Shown piece after piece: positions 1-10,986 of a stretch of DNA of 61,734 bases. Within the stretch, counting starts at the first letter, position 1; every line of letters begins with the position of its first letter. A program made the position numbers and the translations under genes. This stretch comes from Actinomycetales bacterium (GTDB lineage Bacteria; Actinomycetota; Actinomycetes; Actinomycetales; CAVURS01): the NCBI GenBank assembly GCA_045807245.1, contig JBJMHS010000058.1:1-61734 (forward strand). The letters are read 5' to 3'. The notes beneath the pieces were generated by a model. The model did not search any database. It was not told the DNA's origin and saw only the letters and a program-made list of their open reading frames with translations.

Positions 1-717
1 ATCGCCCGCAAGAGCGAGAACCCGTCGATCACGCGAGACGTCTCCGGCGAGGGTGTCCAGCAGGCGCTGCTCAAGATCCTGGAGGGTACGACGGCTTCGG
101 TCCCCCCACAGGGTGGGCGCAAGCATCCGCACCAGGAGTTCATCCAGATCGACACGACGAACGTGCTGTTCATCGTCGGCGGTGCGTTCGCCGGCCTGGA
201 GAAGCTCATCGAGCAGCGGGCCGGGCGCAAGGGCCTGGGGTTCGGCGCCCAGCTGCACTCGGCCAAGGAAGCCTCGGAGTCCTATGGCGACGTCATGCCT
301 GAGGACCTGCTGAAGTTCGGGCTGATCCCGGAGTTCATCGGCCGGCTGCCGGTCATCACGACGGTGACGAACCTCGACCAGGCTGCGCTGATCCAGATCC
401 TGACCGAGCCCCGCAACGCGCTGTCCAAGCAGTACCAGCGGATGTTCGAGATCGACGGCGTCGAGCTCGAGTTCACCGAGGACGCGCTGGAGGCCGTCGC
501 CGACCAGGCGATCCTGCGCGGGACGGGCGCTCGCGGGCTGCGGGCGATCATGGAGGAGGTCCTGCTCCCCGTGATGTTCGACGTCCCGAGCGACGAAGGC
601 ATCGCCCGGGTGGTCGTGACCCGCGAGGTCGTGCTGGACAACGTGCTGCCGACGATCGTCCGCCGTGACGAGGCGCCGGTCGCCCGCAAGCGCCCGCCGC
701 GCGAGAAGTCCGCCTAG
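1..717 (+). CDS. clpX: ATP-dependent Clp protease ATP-binding subunit ClpX (5'-truncated by window)
   Basis: Frame 1 reads [29 protein letters not shown]...GGRKHP...[10 protein letters not shown]...TGARGLR; stop TAG at 715-717. Confidence 0.97.
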   Translation: MARKSENPSITRDVSGEGVQQALLKILEGTTASVPPQGGRKHPHQEFIQIDTTNVLFIVGGAFAGLEKLIEQRAGRKGLGFGAQLHSAKEASESYGDVMPEDLLKFGLIPEFIGRLPVITTVTNLDQAALIQILTEPRNALSKQYQRMFEIDGVELEFTEDALEAVADQAILRGTGARGLRAIMEEVLLPVMFDVPSDEGIARVVVTREVVLDNVLPTIVRRDEAPVARKRPPREKSA

Positions 718-733
718 CTCTCAGGCCGCCCCA

Positions 734-889
734 CCGTCGTACCCGCCTGCCCTTCTCGGCGGTGCTCCTTACCGCGCGCGGTGCTCCCCGTGGCCCGGTG
801 ATTCGTGGGCCAGCGGCGGTTGCGCACCGGGCTACGGGGAGCACCGCGCGGGGCAGGGAGCACCGCGCGGTACGGCGGAGGTACGGCGG
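734..889. repeat. Compound palindrome (REP-like, probable bidirectional terminator) between convergent genes
   Basis: 26-bp arms at 775-800 and 825-850 (one G:U pair), outer arms at 759-768 and 857-866, CCGTCGTACC at 734-743 and two GGTACGGCGG copies at 869-878 and 880-889. Confidence 0.75.
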
Positions 890-896
890 GTGAGGG

Positions 897-2348
897 TCAG
901 CGAGGGAGGGCCGAGGCGGCATAGGCCTCGACCGCCGCCTCATGCTTGACCACCCAGGCGGCAACCTGCTCGGGCGGCATCGCGCGGGCGAAGTGGAAGC
1001 CCTGCAGCTCGTCACAGTCCAGCTCGGCCAGCCGCTGGGCCGACAGCTCGGACTCGACGCCCTCCGCGATCACGGTCAACCCGAGCCGGTGACCCAGGTC
1101 GATGATCGAGGCGATGATCGTGTCGTCGTCATGCTGCTCCAGGTCGACCACGAACTGGCGGTCGATCTTGAGCTGCTGGACCGGCAGCCCCCGCAGCTGG
1201 CCGAGGCTGGTGAAGCCGGCCCCGAAGTCGTCGATCGACACCTCGATGCCCCGGTCGCGCAGCGCGCCCACGACCCGGGTCGCCTGCACCGGGTTGTCGG
1301 AGACGGCGCTCTCGGTCACCTCGAGCACGAGGTGGCGGGCGTCCAGCCGAGACAGCACGAGAGCCTCCTCGACGATGCCGAGCAGACCCTCCTCCAGTGC
1401 GACCGGGCTGATGTTCACGGCGACCGTCAAGTCGAACCCCTGCGCCCGCCAGCGGGCGGCCTGGCGCGAGGCAGTGAGCAGCACCCACCGGGTCAGCGCG
1501 TGCACCAGGCTGGTCCGCTCGACCAGGGGGATGAAGTCGGCCGGGTACATCAGCCCACGAGTCGGGTGCTCCCAGCGGATCAGCGCCTCGAACCCGACCA
1601 GCGACTTGTCAACGGCCCGGATCACCGGCTGGTAGTACAGCCGGAGATGTCCCTCGTCCATCGCGTCGCGCAGCATGCCGAGCATGGCCAGGCGGTCGGT
1701 CGAGTTGGTGTCCGTGCTCGCGTCGTACCGTTCCACGCCGGCGCGGGTGCGCTTCGCGGCGTACATCGCCACGTCGGCGTGTTGCATCAGCTCGCTGAAC
1801 GTCGTGCCGTCGAACGGCGCGAGCGCGACGCCGATGCTGGCCCGTACGTCGAGCTGCACCCCGAGGGCGCTGAACCCGGTCGCGGACAGGATGGCCAGGA
1901 TCCGCTTCGCCTCGTTGGTCGCGAAGTCGATGTGCTGCGGCTTGGAGTAGCAGATTGCGAACTCGTCGCCACCGAGCCGGCAGACGATGGCCTTCGGACC
2001 GGCCACGGCCACCAACGTCTGGGCCACCTGGACCAGAACGATGTCGCCTGCCGTGTGCCCCAACGTGTCGTTGACGTCCTTGAACCCGTCCAGGTCGACC
2101 AGCAGCATCGACGGCCCGGGCGTGAGGTCCTCGAGCTGGCCGGGCCCGGGCTGCGGCGCGTCCCGCAGCCAGCGGTCGACCGTCTCGGCCATATGCACGC
2201 GGTTGCCCAGCCCGGTGAGCGGGTCGCGGCGGATCATGCGGTCCCGCTCGCGCGAGCGGCGGTTGAGCAGGAAGACGAGGGCCAGGAACGAGATGACGGT
2301 CGGCGTGAGGGCGAACAGGGTGGGGAGCGCGATGTCCGTGTTCGGCAC
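897..2348 (-). CDS. Membrane-anchored GGDEF-EAL diguanylate cyclase/phosphodiesterase
   Basis: One N-terminal TM segment; DPLTGLGNR, DLDGFKDVNDTLGH, GGDEF, EAL, DDFGAG, EGVE and QG motifs. GTG at 2348 follows a GGAGGT SD; alternative start at 2390. Confidence 0.92.
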   Translation of the reverse strand: MPNTDIALPTLFALTPTVISFLALVFLLNRRSRERDRMIRRDPLTGLGNRVHMAETVDRWLRDAPQPGPGQLEDLTPGPSMLLVDLDGFKDVNDTLGHTAGDIVLVQVAQTLVAVAGPKAIVCRLGGDEFAICYSKPQHIDFATNEAKRILAILSATGFSALGVQLDVRASIGVALAPFDGTTFSELMQHADVAMYAAKRTRAGVERYDASTDTNSTDRLAMLGMLRDAMDEGHLRLYYQPVIRAVDKSLVGFEALIRWEHPTRGLMYPADFIPLVERTSLVHALTRWVLLTASRQAARWRAQGFDLTVAVNISPVALEEGLLGIVEEALVLSRLDARHLVLEVTESAVSDNPVQATRVVGALRDRGIEVSIDDFGAGFTSLGQLRGLPVQQLKIDRQFVVDLEQHDDDTIIASIIDLGHRLGLTVIAEGVESELSAQRLAELDCDELQGFHFARAMPPEQVAAWVVKHEAAVEAYAASALPR

Positions 2349-2405
2349 GCGTACCTCCGCTCCAGACGCCGTCCAGGCCAGACCCGACACTGAGCCCGCA
2401 GTCCG

Positions 2406-2436
2406 TTGTCGGACGCTTCCCAGGGCGTCTTGAGCC
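2406..2436 (-). promoter_or_regulatory. Putative sigma28/WhiG-family promoter
   Basis: Minus strand reads GGCTCAA-N16-TCCGACAA; the same pattern lies before the second GGDEF gene. Confidence 0.55.
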
Positions 2437-2550
2437 GCCGTACCCGGTTGGGCACCCTCCGAAAGCCGCTTTCGGGCCGGTTCCGGGCACCTCGCGGCGG
2501 CTTTGGAGGGGTAAAGCGGCTTTCGAGGGGTACGACGCAGGGGTACGACG
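2435..2550. repeat. Compound palindrome (REP-like) downstream of valS
   Basis: Arm CCCTCCGAAAGCCGCTTT (2455-2472) has two alternative complementary arms (2497-2510, 2513-2529); CCGCCGTACC on the left and two GGGGTACGACG copies on the right. Confidence 0.7.
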
Positions 2551-2555
2551 ACGGG

Positions 2556-5138
2556 CTAGGCCGGCGTGAGCTCGATCTCCTGCAAGGCCAGCTCGTCCCC
2601 GCCGTCCTGCAGGCTCAGCGAGGTGATGCGCCCGGCCCCGCGCAGGTCGGCCTCAGCCGTCCGCAGCAGCCGCAGCACCTCGGCCGGGCCGCTCAGCGCC
2701 GCATGCGCGACCTCGTTGCGCATCGAGACCTTGGCCGCCGTCTTGGCCCCGCGCACGACGGCGAGGGCCGCACCGACGGCCGGCAGCAGCTCGACCTCGC
2801 CGCCGTCAGCAGCTGCCGTGAGCTCGTCCACCACGGGCCAGGCCGCGCGATGCACGCTGCCGTCCTGCCACCAGGACCAGACCTCCTCGGTCACGTACGG
2901 CAGCACCGGGGCGAACAGGCGCAGCTGCACGGAGAGCGCGAGCGCCAGCGCCGCCCGGGCCGAGGCCGCCGGCGCCTCGCCCTGGGCGCCGTACGCCCGC
3001 TCCTTGACCAGCTCGACGTAGTCGTCGCAGAAGGTCCAGAAGAACCGCTCGCTCACATCGAGCGCCCGGCTGTAGTCCAGGGCCTCGAAGGCCACGGTCG
3101 CCTCGGCCACCACCTCGCTCAGCCCGGCCAGCATGGCCCGGTCGAGCGGCTCGGTGACGGCCGAGGGGTCGGTCGATGTCGCACCCATGCCCAGGACGAA
3201 CTTGCTCGCGTTGAGCACCTTGATCGCGAGCCGGCGGCCGACCTTCATGTTGGCCTCGTCGAAGGGGCTGTCCGTGCCGGGGCTGGCCTTGGCCGCCCGC
3301 CACCGCACGGCGTCGGCGCCGAACTGGTCGAGCACGTCGGTCGGCACGATGACGTTGCCCTTGGACTTGCTCATCTTCTTGCGGTCCGGGTCCACGACGA
3401 AACCCGAGATGGCCGCACTGGTCCACGGCACGGTGCCGAACTCGAAGTGCGAGCGGACGACCGACGAGAACAGCCAGGTCCGGATGATGTCGTGCGCCTG
3501 CGGGCGCAGGTCCATGGGGAACACCCGGCCGAACAGGTCGTCGTCCCGAGTCCAGCCGCTGATCCGCTGCGGCGACAGCGACGACGTCGCCCAGGTGTCC
3601 ATCACGTCCGGGTCGGCGACGAAGCCACCGGCCTGGCCCCGCTGCTCCTCGGCGAACCGGGCGGGGGTGCTGCTGCTCGGATCCACCGGCAGGTCAGCAT
3701 CGGCCGCGAATATCGGTGCGGTGTAGTCGGTTTCGCCCTCCTCGTCGACCGGGTACCACACCGGGAACGGCACGCCGAAGAAGCGCTGGCGGCTGATCAG
3801 CCAGTCCCCGTTGAGCCCGTTCACCCAGTTCTCGTACCGGTGTTGCATGTACGACGGCACCCAGGTGATCTCGCTGCCGCGCGCGATGAGGGCATTGCGG
3901 AGGTCGACGTCACGACCACCGTTGCGGATGTACCACTGACGGCTGGTCACGATCTCGAGCGGCTTCTCGCCCTTCTCGTAGAAGTTGGCCATGCGCTGGG
4001 TCGGCGTGGGCTCGCCGTCCAGGTCACCGCTCTCGCGCAGCAGAGCCGCGATGGCCTCGCGGGCGGAGAACGTCGTCTTGCCGCCCATCTCCTGGTACGC
4101 CGCGACGGCACCCGCGCCGGAGATCCAGTCCGGTGTCTCGGACACGAGCCGCCCGTCCCGGCCCATGACCGAGCGGGTCGGCAGCCGGAGCTCGCGCCAC
4201 CACATGACGTCGGTGAGGTCGCCGAAGGTGCAGCACATCGCGATGCCGGCGCCCTTGTCCGGCTCGGCCGCCGGATGGGCCAGCACCGGGATCGCCACTC
4301 CGAACAACGGCGAGCTGACCGTCGTACCGAACAGCGGCCGGTACCGCTCGTCGTCGGGGTGGGCGATCAGGGCCACCACGGCGGGGATGAGCTCGGGCCG
4401 GGTCGTCTCGATGTACACCGGCTGGCCGGCGCCGTCGGACTCGTTGCGGTGGAACGCGACCCGGTAGAAGTGCCCGGGGTACTCCCGGGCCTCGAGCTCC
4501 GCCTGCGCGACCGCGGTCTGGAAGGTCACATCCCACAGACCGGGCGCCTCGGACTGGTAGGCCTCGCCCCGCTCGACGTTGCGCAGGAACGCCCGCTGCG
4601 AGATCGCCCGCGTCTCGTCGTCGATGGTCTGGTAGATCAGCGACCAGTCGACCGACAGGCCCAGGGTGCGCCAGAGGCTCTCGAAGGCCTTTTCGTCCTC
4701 GACGGTGAGCTGGCCACAGAGCTCGATGAAGTTGCGGCGCGAGACCGGCAGCTGGCGCTTGGGGTCGGGCTTGTCCGGGGGCGTGAAGTCCGGGTCGTAG
4801 CGCAGGGAGGGGTCGCAGCGCACACCGAAGTAGTTCTGCACCCGACGTTCGGTGGGCAGGCCGTTGTCGTCCCACCCCATCGGGTAGAACACCTCGCGCC
4901 CGGCCATGCGCTGGTACCGCGCGACGCAGTCGGTGTGGGTGTAGCTGAAGACGTGACCTACGTGCAGCGAGCCCGAGACCGTCGGGGGAGGTGTGTCGAT
5001 GGAGTAGATCTGCTCGCGGGTCTTGGTCCGGTCGAAGCGGTAGGTGCCCTGCTCCTCCCAGATGGCGGACCACTTGGCCTCCAGGCCGTCCACCGACGGC
5101 TTGTCGGGCACGCGCGAGGCGCCGGTCTCGTTCTGCAT
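2556..5138 (-). CDS. valS: Valine--tRNA ligase
   Basis: [15 protein letters not shown] (HIGH-type), [14 protein letters not shown] and KMSKS motifs; ATG at 5138. Confidence 0.96.
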   Translation of the reverse strand: MQNETGASRVPDKPSVDGLEAKWSAIWEEQGTYRFDRTKTREQIYSIDTPPPTVSGSLHVGHVFSYTHTDCVARYQRMAGREVFYPMGWDDNGLPTERRVQNYFGVRCDPSLRYDPDFTPPDKPDPKRQLPVSRRNFIELCGQLTVEDEKAFESLWRTLGLSVDWSLIYQTIDDETRAISQRAFLRNVERGEAYQSEAPGLWDVTFQTAVAQAELEAREYPGHFYRVAFHRNESDGAGQPVYIETTRPELIPAVVALIAHPDDERYRPLFGTTVSSPLFGVAIPVLAHPAAEPDKGAGIAMCCTFGDLTDVMWWRELRLPTRSVMGRDGRLVSETPDWISGAGAVAAYQEMGGKTTFSAREAIAALLRESGDLDGEPTPTQRMANFYEKGEKPLEIVTSRQWYIRNGGRDVDLRNALIARGSEITWVPSYMQHRYENWVNGLNGDWLISRQRFFGVPFPVWYPVDEEGETDYTAPIFAADADLPVDPSSSTPARFAEEQRGQAGGFVADPDVMDTWATSSLSPQRISGWTRDDDLFGRVFPMDLRPQAHDIIRTWLFSSVVRSHFEFGTVPWTSAAISGFVVDPDRKKMSKSKGNVIVPTDVLDQFGADAVRWRAAKASPGTDSPFDEANMKVGRRLAIKVLNASKFVLGMGATSTDPSAVTEPLDRAMLAGLSEVVAEATVAFEALDYSRALDVSERFFWTFCDDYVELVKERAYGAQGEAPAASARAALALALSVQLRLFAPVLPYVTEEVWSWWQDGSVHRAAWPVVDELTAAADGGEVELLPAVGAALAVVRGAKTAAKVSMRNEVAHAALSGPAEVLRLLRTAEADLRGAGRITSLSLQDGGDELALQEIELTPA

Positions 5139-5184
5139 GCGGCAAGTCTCCCAGACCACAGTCAGCGGCTAGACTCCCGACACA

Positions 5185-5445
5185 GGCGTCGACCCGGCCA
5201 TCACCGGCGAGCCTCCGGAAGAACGGCACGGCGACCCGAACGGCTGGTACGGCGGGTGGCCGGCTCAGTAGAACCGGACGGGGTAGCGGTCCGTCATCCA
5301 CCGCCCGACGAGCGGCATGCTCGGCAGGGCAGTACGCCGGGTGCGCAAGCGAGGTGGTACCGCGGTGCCGCCCGGAGGTCCGGGCGACGTCGTCCTCGTG
5401 TCCGATGCAGCGGGACTGCATGAAGGCACGGCAGTACGAGGAGAC
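5185..5445 (+). ncRNA. Actinobacterial ileS-type translational T-box riboswitch
   Basis: Ultrashort stem I with AUC (Ile) specifier at 5200-5202; GAAGAAC...CAGTAGAAC stem II; T-box AAGCGAGGTGGTACCGCG at 5347-5364; anti-SD TCCTCGT (5393-5399) complementary to ACGAGGA (5436-5442); -10 TAGACT at 5170-5175. Confidence 0.93.
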
Positions 5446-5448
5446 GCG

Positions 5449-8400
5449 ATGTACCCCAAGGCCCACGGCAGCGGCGACGAGACCCGCGGCGTACCGGCGA
5501 GTCCCCGCTTCCCGGACATCGAGCATCGGGTCCTGGCGTTCTGGGCGGACGACGACACGTTCCGCGCCTCCGTGGAGAACCGGGAGGCCGGCGTCAACGG
5601 GGCCAACGAGTTCGTGTTCTACGACGGCCCGCCGTTCGCCAACGGCCTGCCGCACTACGGGCATCTGCTGACCGGCTACGTGAAGGACGTCGTGCCGCGG
5701 TACCAGACCATGCGCGGGCGTCGGGTCGAGCGGCGTTTCGGCTGGGACACCCACGGGCTGCCGGCCGAGCTGGAGGCCATGTCGCAGCTGGGCATCAAGA
5801 CCAAGGAGGAGATCCTCGCCCTGGGGATCGAGACCTTCAACGCCAAGTGCCGCGAGTCGGTCGTGAAGTACACGTCCGAGTGGCGCGACTACGTCACCCG
5901 CCAGGCCCGATGGGTGGACTTCGACAACGACTACAAGACCATGAACCCCGACTACATGGAGTCGGTCATGTGGGCGTTCAAGTCGTTGTACGACAAGGGT
6001 CTGGTCTACGAGGGCTTCCGGGTGCTGCCCTACTGCTGGAACGACCAGACACCGCTGTCCAACCACGAGCTCCGGATGGACGACGACGTCTACCAGCTCG
6101 TCCGCGACCCTGCGGTCACCGTCGGCCTGCGGCTCGAGACCGGCGAGCTGGCGCTGGTCTGGACGACCACACCCTGGACCCTGCCGGCCAACCTCGGGAT
6201 CATGGTCGGCCCGGACATCGACTACGTGGTGGTCGAGTCCGAGGCAACCGGCCGACCCGAGCGCTACATCCTCGCCGAGGCGCGGCTGGCGGCGTACGCG
6301 CGCGACCTGTTCGGTGACGCGGCGCCTGACGTCGAGAGCCACGTGGTCGAGCGGTTGAAGGGTCGCGACCTGCTCGGGCGGTCGTACACGCCGCCGATGT
6401 CCTACTACGCAGGCCATCCCCATGCGCACCGCGTGTTCGAGGCGGAGTTCGTCACGACCACGGACGGCACCGGACTGGTCCACACCGCAGGCGCGTTCGG
6501 CGAAGAGGACAAGATCGTCACCGATCGCGAAGGGATCAAGCCGGTGATCCCGGTCGCCGCGGACGGCAAGTTCACCTACCCGGTGACCGACTACGAGGGG
6601 CTGCTCGTCTTCGACGCGAACGCCGTCATCGTCGACCACCTCAAGGCGGTGACGCGTGGTGAGGGCGACCACGGCTCGGTGACCCAGGAGACGGTGTTGC
6701 TGCGGCTGGAGCAGTACGAGCACTCCTACCCGCACTGCTGGCGGTGCCGCCGGCCGCTCATCTATATGGCCGTGTCGAGCTGGTTCGTCCAGGTCACCAA
6801 GTTCCGCGACCGGATGGGCGAGCTCAACCAGCAGATCACCTGGGTGCCCGAGCACGTCAAGGACGGCCAGTTCGGCAAGTGGCTCTCCGGTGCGCGCGAC
6901 TGGTCGATCACGCGGAACCGCTTCTGGGGCAGTCCCGTCCCCGTGTGGCGCTCCGATGACCCCACCTACCCGCGGATCGACGTGTACGGATCGTTCGAGG
7001 AGCTCGAGCGCGACTTCGGGCGGCTGCCGCGCAACCCGGACGGCGAGCCTGACCTGCACCGCCCGTACATCGACCAGCTGACCCGGCCGAACCCCGACGA
7101 CCCGTCCGGCAACGCGACCATGCGCCGGGTCGAGGACGTGCTCGACGTGTGGTTCGACTCGGGCTCGATGCCGTACGCCCAGGTGCACTACCCGTTCGAC
7201 AACCACGACTGGTTCGAGCACCACTACCCGGGCGACTTCATCGTCGAGTACATCGGGCAGACGCGCGGCTGGTTCTACACGCTGCACATCCTGGCGACCG
7301 CGCTGTTCGACCGTCCGGCGTTCGAGAGCTGCATGAGCCACGGCATCGTGCTCGGCAGCGACGGGCAGAAGATGAGCAAGTCCCTGCGCAACTATCCCGA
7401 CGTCAGCGAGGTGTTCGACCGGGACGGCGCCGACGCCATGCGGTGGTTCCTCATGGCGTCGCCGATCCTGCGCGGCGGCAACCTCGTCGTCACCGAGCAG
7501 GGCATCCGCGACGGCGTACGCCAGGTGTTGTTGCCGCTCTGGAACGCCTGGTACTTCTTCGCGCTCTACGCCAACGCCGCCAACCGCGGCGACGGGTACG
7601 ACGCCCAGTGGTCGACGGCGAGCAGCGACGTCCTGGACCGGTACCTGCTGGCCAAGACGCATGACCTGGTCGACGGCGTACGGACCTTGATGGACGAGTA
7701 CGACGTGGCCGGCGCCTGTCACGCGGTCCGCGAGCACCTCGACCTGCTGACCAACTGGTACGTGCGCCGGTCCCGGGCCAGGTTCTGGGACGGCGAGTCC
7801 GCGGCGAGCCGCGAGGCGTTCGACACGCTGTACACCGCGCTCGAGGTACTCACCCGCGTTGCCGCACCGCTGTTGCCGCTCGTCACGGAGGACATCTGGA
7901 AGGGCCTGACCGGTGAGCGCTCGGTGCACCTGGCCGACTGGCCGGACGCCTCGCAGCTGCCGGCCGACGAGGCGCTCGTCGCCGCCATGGACCGGGCCCG
8001 CGAGGTCTGCTCAGCCGCGTCGAGCCTGCGCAAGGCCAACGGGCTGAGGGTGCGGCTGCCTCTGCTGTCCCTGACGGTGGCGGCCGACGACGCGTCGATG
8101 CTGCATCCGTTCCTCGATCTCGTCGCCGACGAGGTGAACGTCCGCGACGTCCGGCTGGTGCCCGTGTCGGAGGTCGGCGGGGTGTCGCAACGGTTGACCG
8201 TCAACGCGCGTGCGGCCGGGCCCAGGCTGGGCCAGGACGTGCAAGCCGCCATCAAGGGCAGCAAGTCGGGCGACTGGTCGGCCGGCGTCGACGGCACGGT
8301 GACAAGCGGCGGGATCACGCTGCAGGAGGGCGAGTTCACGCTGGAGACGGTGGTCGACGGGGGCGACGCCTCGCGGGCGACGGCTGCCCTCGCGGGGGGT

Positions 8401-8718
8401 GGCTATGCCGTCCTGGACACGACCCGCACCCCCGAGCTGGAGGCTGAGGGGCTGGCGCGTGACGTGGTCCGGGCGGTCCAGCAGGCGCGGCGCGACGCCG
8501 GGCTCGACATCAGCGACCGGATCCGGCTCACCCTCGCGTCCGACGCCGCCGTGTGGGAGGCCGTGGTCGCGCACCAGCAGATGGTCGTCTCCGAGACGCT
8601 GGCCGCACAGTTCGGTGCCTCGGGCTCGGTGGACGACCTGCCGAGCGGTGACGGCGTCGTCGAGACGACGGCCGGCGACGGTCTGCGGCTGCGGGTGAAG
8701 GTGGAGCGCGCCGTTTGA
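5449..8718 (+). CDS. ileS: Isoleucine--tRNA ligase (type 2)
   Basis: [33 protein letters not shown] and KMSKS motifs; ATG at 5449 after GAGGAG. Confidence 0.97.
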   Translation: MYPKAHGSGDETRGVPASPRFPDIEHRVLAFWADDDTFRASVENREAGVNGANEFVFYDGPPFANGLPHYGHLLTGYVKDVVPRYQTMRGRRVERRFGWDTHGLPAELEAMSQLGIKTKEEILALGIETFNAKCRESVVKYTSEWRDYVTRQARWVDFDNDYKTMNPDYMESVMWAFKSLYDKGLVYEGFRVLPYCWNDQTPLSNHELRMDDDVYQLVRDPAVTVGLRLETGELALVWTTTPWTLPANLGIMVGPDIDYVVVESEATGRPERYILAEARLAAYARDLFGDAAPDVESHVVERLKGRDLLGRSYTPPMSYYAGHPHAHRVFEAEFVTTTDGTGLVHTAGAFGEEDKIVTDREGIKPVIPVAADGKFTYPVTDYEGLLVFDANAVIVDHLKAVTRGEGDHGSVTQETVLLRLEQYEHSYPHCWRCRRPLIYMAVSSWFVQVTKFRDRMGELNQQITWVPEHVKDGQFGKWLSGARDWSITRNRFWGSPVPVWRSDDPTYPRIDVYGSFEELERDFGRLPRNPDGEPDLHRPYIDQLTRPNPDDPSGNATMRRVEDVLDVWFDSGSMPYAQVHYPFDNHDWFEHHYPGDFIVEYIGQTRGWFYTLHILATALFDRPAFESCMSHGIVLGSDGQKMSKSLRNYPDVSEVFDRDGADAMRWFLMASPILRGGNLVVTEQGIRDGVRQVLLPLWNAWYFFALYANAANRGDGYDAQWSTASSDVLDRYLLAKTHDLVDGVRTLMDEYDVAGACHAVREHLDLLTNWYVRRSRARFWDGESAASREAFDTLYTALEVLTRVAAPLLPLVTEDIWKGLTGERSVHLADWPDASQLPADEALVAAMDRAREVCSAASSLRKANGLRVRLPLLSLTVAADDASMLHPFLDLVADEVNVRDVRLVPVSEVGGVSQRLTVNARAAGPRLGQDVQAAIKGSKSGDWSAGVDGTVTSGGITLQEGEFTLETVVDGGDASRATAALAGGGYAVLDTTRTPELEAEGLARDVVRAVQQARRDAGLDISDRIRLTLASDAAVWEAVVAHQQMVVSETLAAQFGASGSVDDLPSGDGVVETTAGDGLRLRVKVERAV

Positions 8719-8803
8719 CAGTCGGTCGAGGAGGGCCAGCGACACGCCGAGGTCGACGCGCTGCTGCCCGGTGTGCCGCGCGGAACCCCTCGACCAACTG
8801 TCA
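8716..8803. terminator. Hairpin between convergent ileS and DUF4440 genes
   Basis: 16-bp inverted repeat (8716-8731 / 8788-8803, one G:U) that includes both stop codons. Confidence 0.55.
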
Positions 8804-9175
8804 GTCGGGCAGGAAGGCCGCCTGGGCGGCGACGACGCGCCAGCCGGTGTCGGCCCCGTGCGCCCACGTGCGGGTGTACCTCATCCGCCGGTCGAAGTCC
8901 TGGCCCAGATAGCTGCCCTTGAGCCGTGCGGTCAGCACCGTGACCCCGACGCCGTCGTTGATCCGGACCAGCAACTCCTCCGGCTCAGACAGCTCGAGCC
9001 TCATCGTCCCGGTCCGGTGCACCTCCAGGTCCTCCGCCTTGCCGGTGAGCGCACCGTCCGGGCCGACGAAGGTGAGGTCTGGATGCAGTAGGCGGTCGAG
9101 CTCGGCCAAGTCAGACGTGAGCTGGGCGCACTGCAGGGCGTCTTCGGCTGCCCGCAGGCTGGGCTCGTCGCTCAC
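8801..9175 (-). CDS. NTF2-like (DUF4440) protein
   Basis: LDRLLHPDLTFVGPDG...MRYTRTW...WRVVAAQ pattern; overlaps the VOC gene stop. Confidence 0.8.
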   Translation of the reverse strand: MSDEPSLRAAEDALQCAQLTSDLAELDRLLHPDLTFVGPDGALTGKAEDLEVHRTGTMRLELSEPEELLVRINDGVGVTVLTARLKGSYLGQDFDRRMRYTRTWAHGADTGWRVVAAQAAFLPD

Positions 9176-9564
9176 GACTCGGCGGGAGTCGGGGCGTGGC
9201 TGACCAGGGCGACCAGGTTGCCTTCGCTATCGCGGATGAAGGCCATCCACTCGTCGGTGCCGGCCGGGCCGAGCGCGTCGTCCGGGTGGCTGAAGATGAC
9301 GTGCGGCTCGGAGTCGACCTCGACTCCCTCGCTGCGCAGCTGGTCGACGGTCGCGTGCACGTCGTCGACGTGCAGGTACAGCATCGCCGCCGGCGCACCT
9401 CGCTCGAGCAACAGCCGAACGGCAGCGGACCCTGAGCCGAGCCGGAAGAAGGCAAGGCCCGGCGGCTCGAACACGGCGACCGGCCCGGTCCCCACGAGGC
9501 GGGAGTAGAACCGGACCGCGCGGTCGAGGTCGTCGACCCGCTGGGCGACCTGGGTGAGTTCCAC
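9172..9564 (-). CDS. VOC/glyoxalase family protein
   Basis: QVAQRVDDLDRAVRFY...LYLHVDD...MAFIRDSEGNLVAL; start re-called at GTG 9564. Confidence 0.88.
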   Translation of the reverse strand: MELTQVAQRVDDLDRAVRFYSRLVGTGPVAVFEPPGLAFFRLGSGSAAVRLLLERGAPAAMLYLHVDDVHATVDQLRSEGVEVDSEPHVIFSHPDDALGPAGTDEWMAFIRDSEGNLVALVSHAPTPAES

Positions 9565-9582
9565 GGCAGATACGGTACGACG
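9565..9582. promoter_or_regulatory. Bidirectional overlapping -10 elements for two leaderless genes
   Basis: The 18-bp gap holds TACGGT (+, 9571-9576) 6 nt before the folC GTG and TACCGT (-, 9577-9572) 7 nt before the VOC GTG. Confidence 0.6.
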
Positions 9583-10953
9583 GTGGCTGACTCCCCGGTC
9601 GCGCGTCTGCGTGAGGTCGAGGCGGAGATCCTGGCCCGCACGCCCGAGCACGACCTGACGCCCACCCTGGAGCGGATCCAGGCCGTCGTCGAGCTCATGG
9701 ACGACCCGCAGCGTTCGTTCCCGCTCGTGCACGTCACCGGAACGAACGGCAAGACGTCGACGACCCGGATGATCGAGCGGCTGCTCCGGGAGTTCGGGCT
9801 CCGCACCGGCCGGTTCACCAGCCCACACCTGCACGACGTCCGCGAGCGGATCGCGTTCGACGGCGTGCCGATCAGTCCCGAGCGGTTCGTCGCGGCGTAC
9901 GACGAGGTGCTGCCGTACCTGCAGGTGGTGGACGCCCGCTCCGCCGAGGCCGGCAAACCGATGCTCAGCTACTTCGAGGTGCTGGTCGCGATGGCGTACG
10001 CCGCCTTCGCCGACGCCCCCGTCGACGTGGCCGTGGTCGAGGTCGGGCTCGGCGGCGAGTGGGACGCCACCAACGTCGCCGACGGTCAGGTCAGCGTGGT
10101 CACGCCGATCGCGCTGGACCACGAGCGGTTCCTCGGCTCCACGACCATCGAGATCGCGACCGAGAAGCGCGGGATCATCAAGCCGGGTGGCTTCGCGGTG
10201 ATCGCGCAGCAGGACGTCGATGTCGCGGAGATCCTGCTCGAGAAGGTTGCCGAAGTCGGGGCGACGGTCGCCCGCGAGGGGCTCGAGTTCGGCGTCCTGA
10301 GCCGCGAGGTCGCGCTCGGTGGTCAGCAGGTCAGCCTGCGCGGGCTAGCCGGGGACTACGAGGACCTCTTCCTTCCGCTCTATGGCCCGCATCAGGCGGG
10401 CAACGCCGCCTGCGCACTCGTCGCCGTCGAGGCGTTCCTCGGGGCCGGCGACCAACCGCTCAACAGCGAGCGGGTCCTGACCGCCTTTGCCGACATGTCT
10501 TCGCCCGGCCGGCTCGAGGTCGTGCGACGCAGCCCGACCGTCATCGTCGACGCAGCCCACAACCCGGCTGGCGCCCAGGCTCTCGTCGACGCCGTCGAGG
10601 AGGCGTTCGGCTTCCGCCGGCTGATCGGGGTCGTCGCGATCCTGGCCGACAAGGACGCCCGCGGCATGCTCGAGGTCCTCGAGCCCATCCTCGACGAGGT
10701 CGTCCTGACGCGGACGACGTCGTCGCGCGCCCTCGACCCGGAGGACCTGGGAGCCGTTGCGGCCCAGGTGTTCGGGGCCGATCGGGTGCACGTGGAGGCG
10801 CTGCTGCCGAACGCTCTCGAGCTCGCGGTGACCCTGGCAGAGGCCGGTGGTGAGGACCGGACGAGCGACGGCCTCGGGGGCATCGGCGTCCTCGCCACTG
10901 GTTCGGTCACGACGGCCGCCGAGGTGCGGCTGCTGCTCGGCGCCGAGCGATGA
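9583..10953 (+). CDS. folC: Folylpolyglutamate synthase/dihydrofolate synthase
   Basis: HVTGTNGKTST, FTSPHL, EVGLGGEWDATNV and DAAHNPAG motifs. Confidence 0.95.
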   Translation: MADSPVARLREVEAEILARTPEHDLTPTLERIQAVVELMDDPQRSFPLVHVTGTNGKTSTTRMIERLLREFGLRTGRFTSPHLHDVRERIAFDGVPISPERFVAAYDEVLPYLQVVDARSAEAGKPMLSYFEVLVAMAYAAFADAPVDVAVVEVGLGGEWDATNVADGQVSVVTPIALDHERFLGSTTIEIATEKRGIIKPGGFAVIAQQDVDVAEILLEKVAEVGATVAREGLEFGVLSREVALGGQQVSLRGLAGDYEDLFLPLYGPHQAGNAACALVAVEAFLGAGDQPLNSERVLTAFADMSSPGRLEVVRRSPTVIVDAAHNPAGAQALVDAVEEAFGFRRLIGVVAILADKDARGMLEVLEPILDEVVLTRTTSSRALDPEDLGAVAAQVFGADRVHVEALLPNALELAVTLAEAGGEDRTSDGLGGIGVLATGSVTTAAEVRLLLGAER

Positions 10954-10986
10954 GCGACGCCGGTCGGATGGGCGCCGAGCGATGAG
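10939..10986 (+). repeat. 16-bp direct repeat of the folC 3' end enclosing an 11-aa mini-ORF
   Basis: GGCGCCGAGCGATGAG at 10939-10954 and 10971-10986; ORF 10950-10985 reads MSDAGRMGAER. Confidence 0.8.

Noticed and set aside
2406..7929. Very long ORFs 2406-5423(+) and 4024-7929(-), and similar ones elsewhere (e.g. 15424-18159, 31383-33506, 50205-52949)
   Set aside because: Antisense shadows of real high-GC genes; no recognisable motifs.
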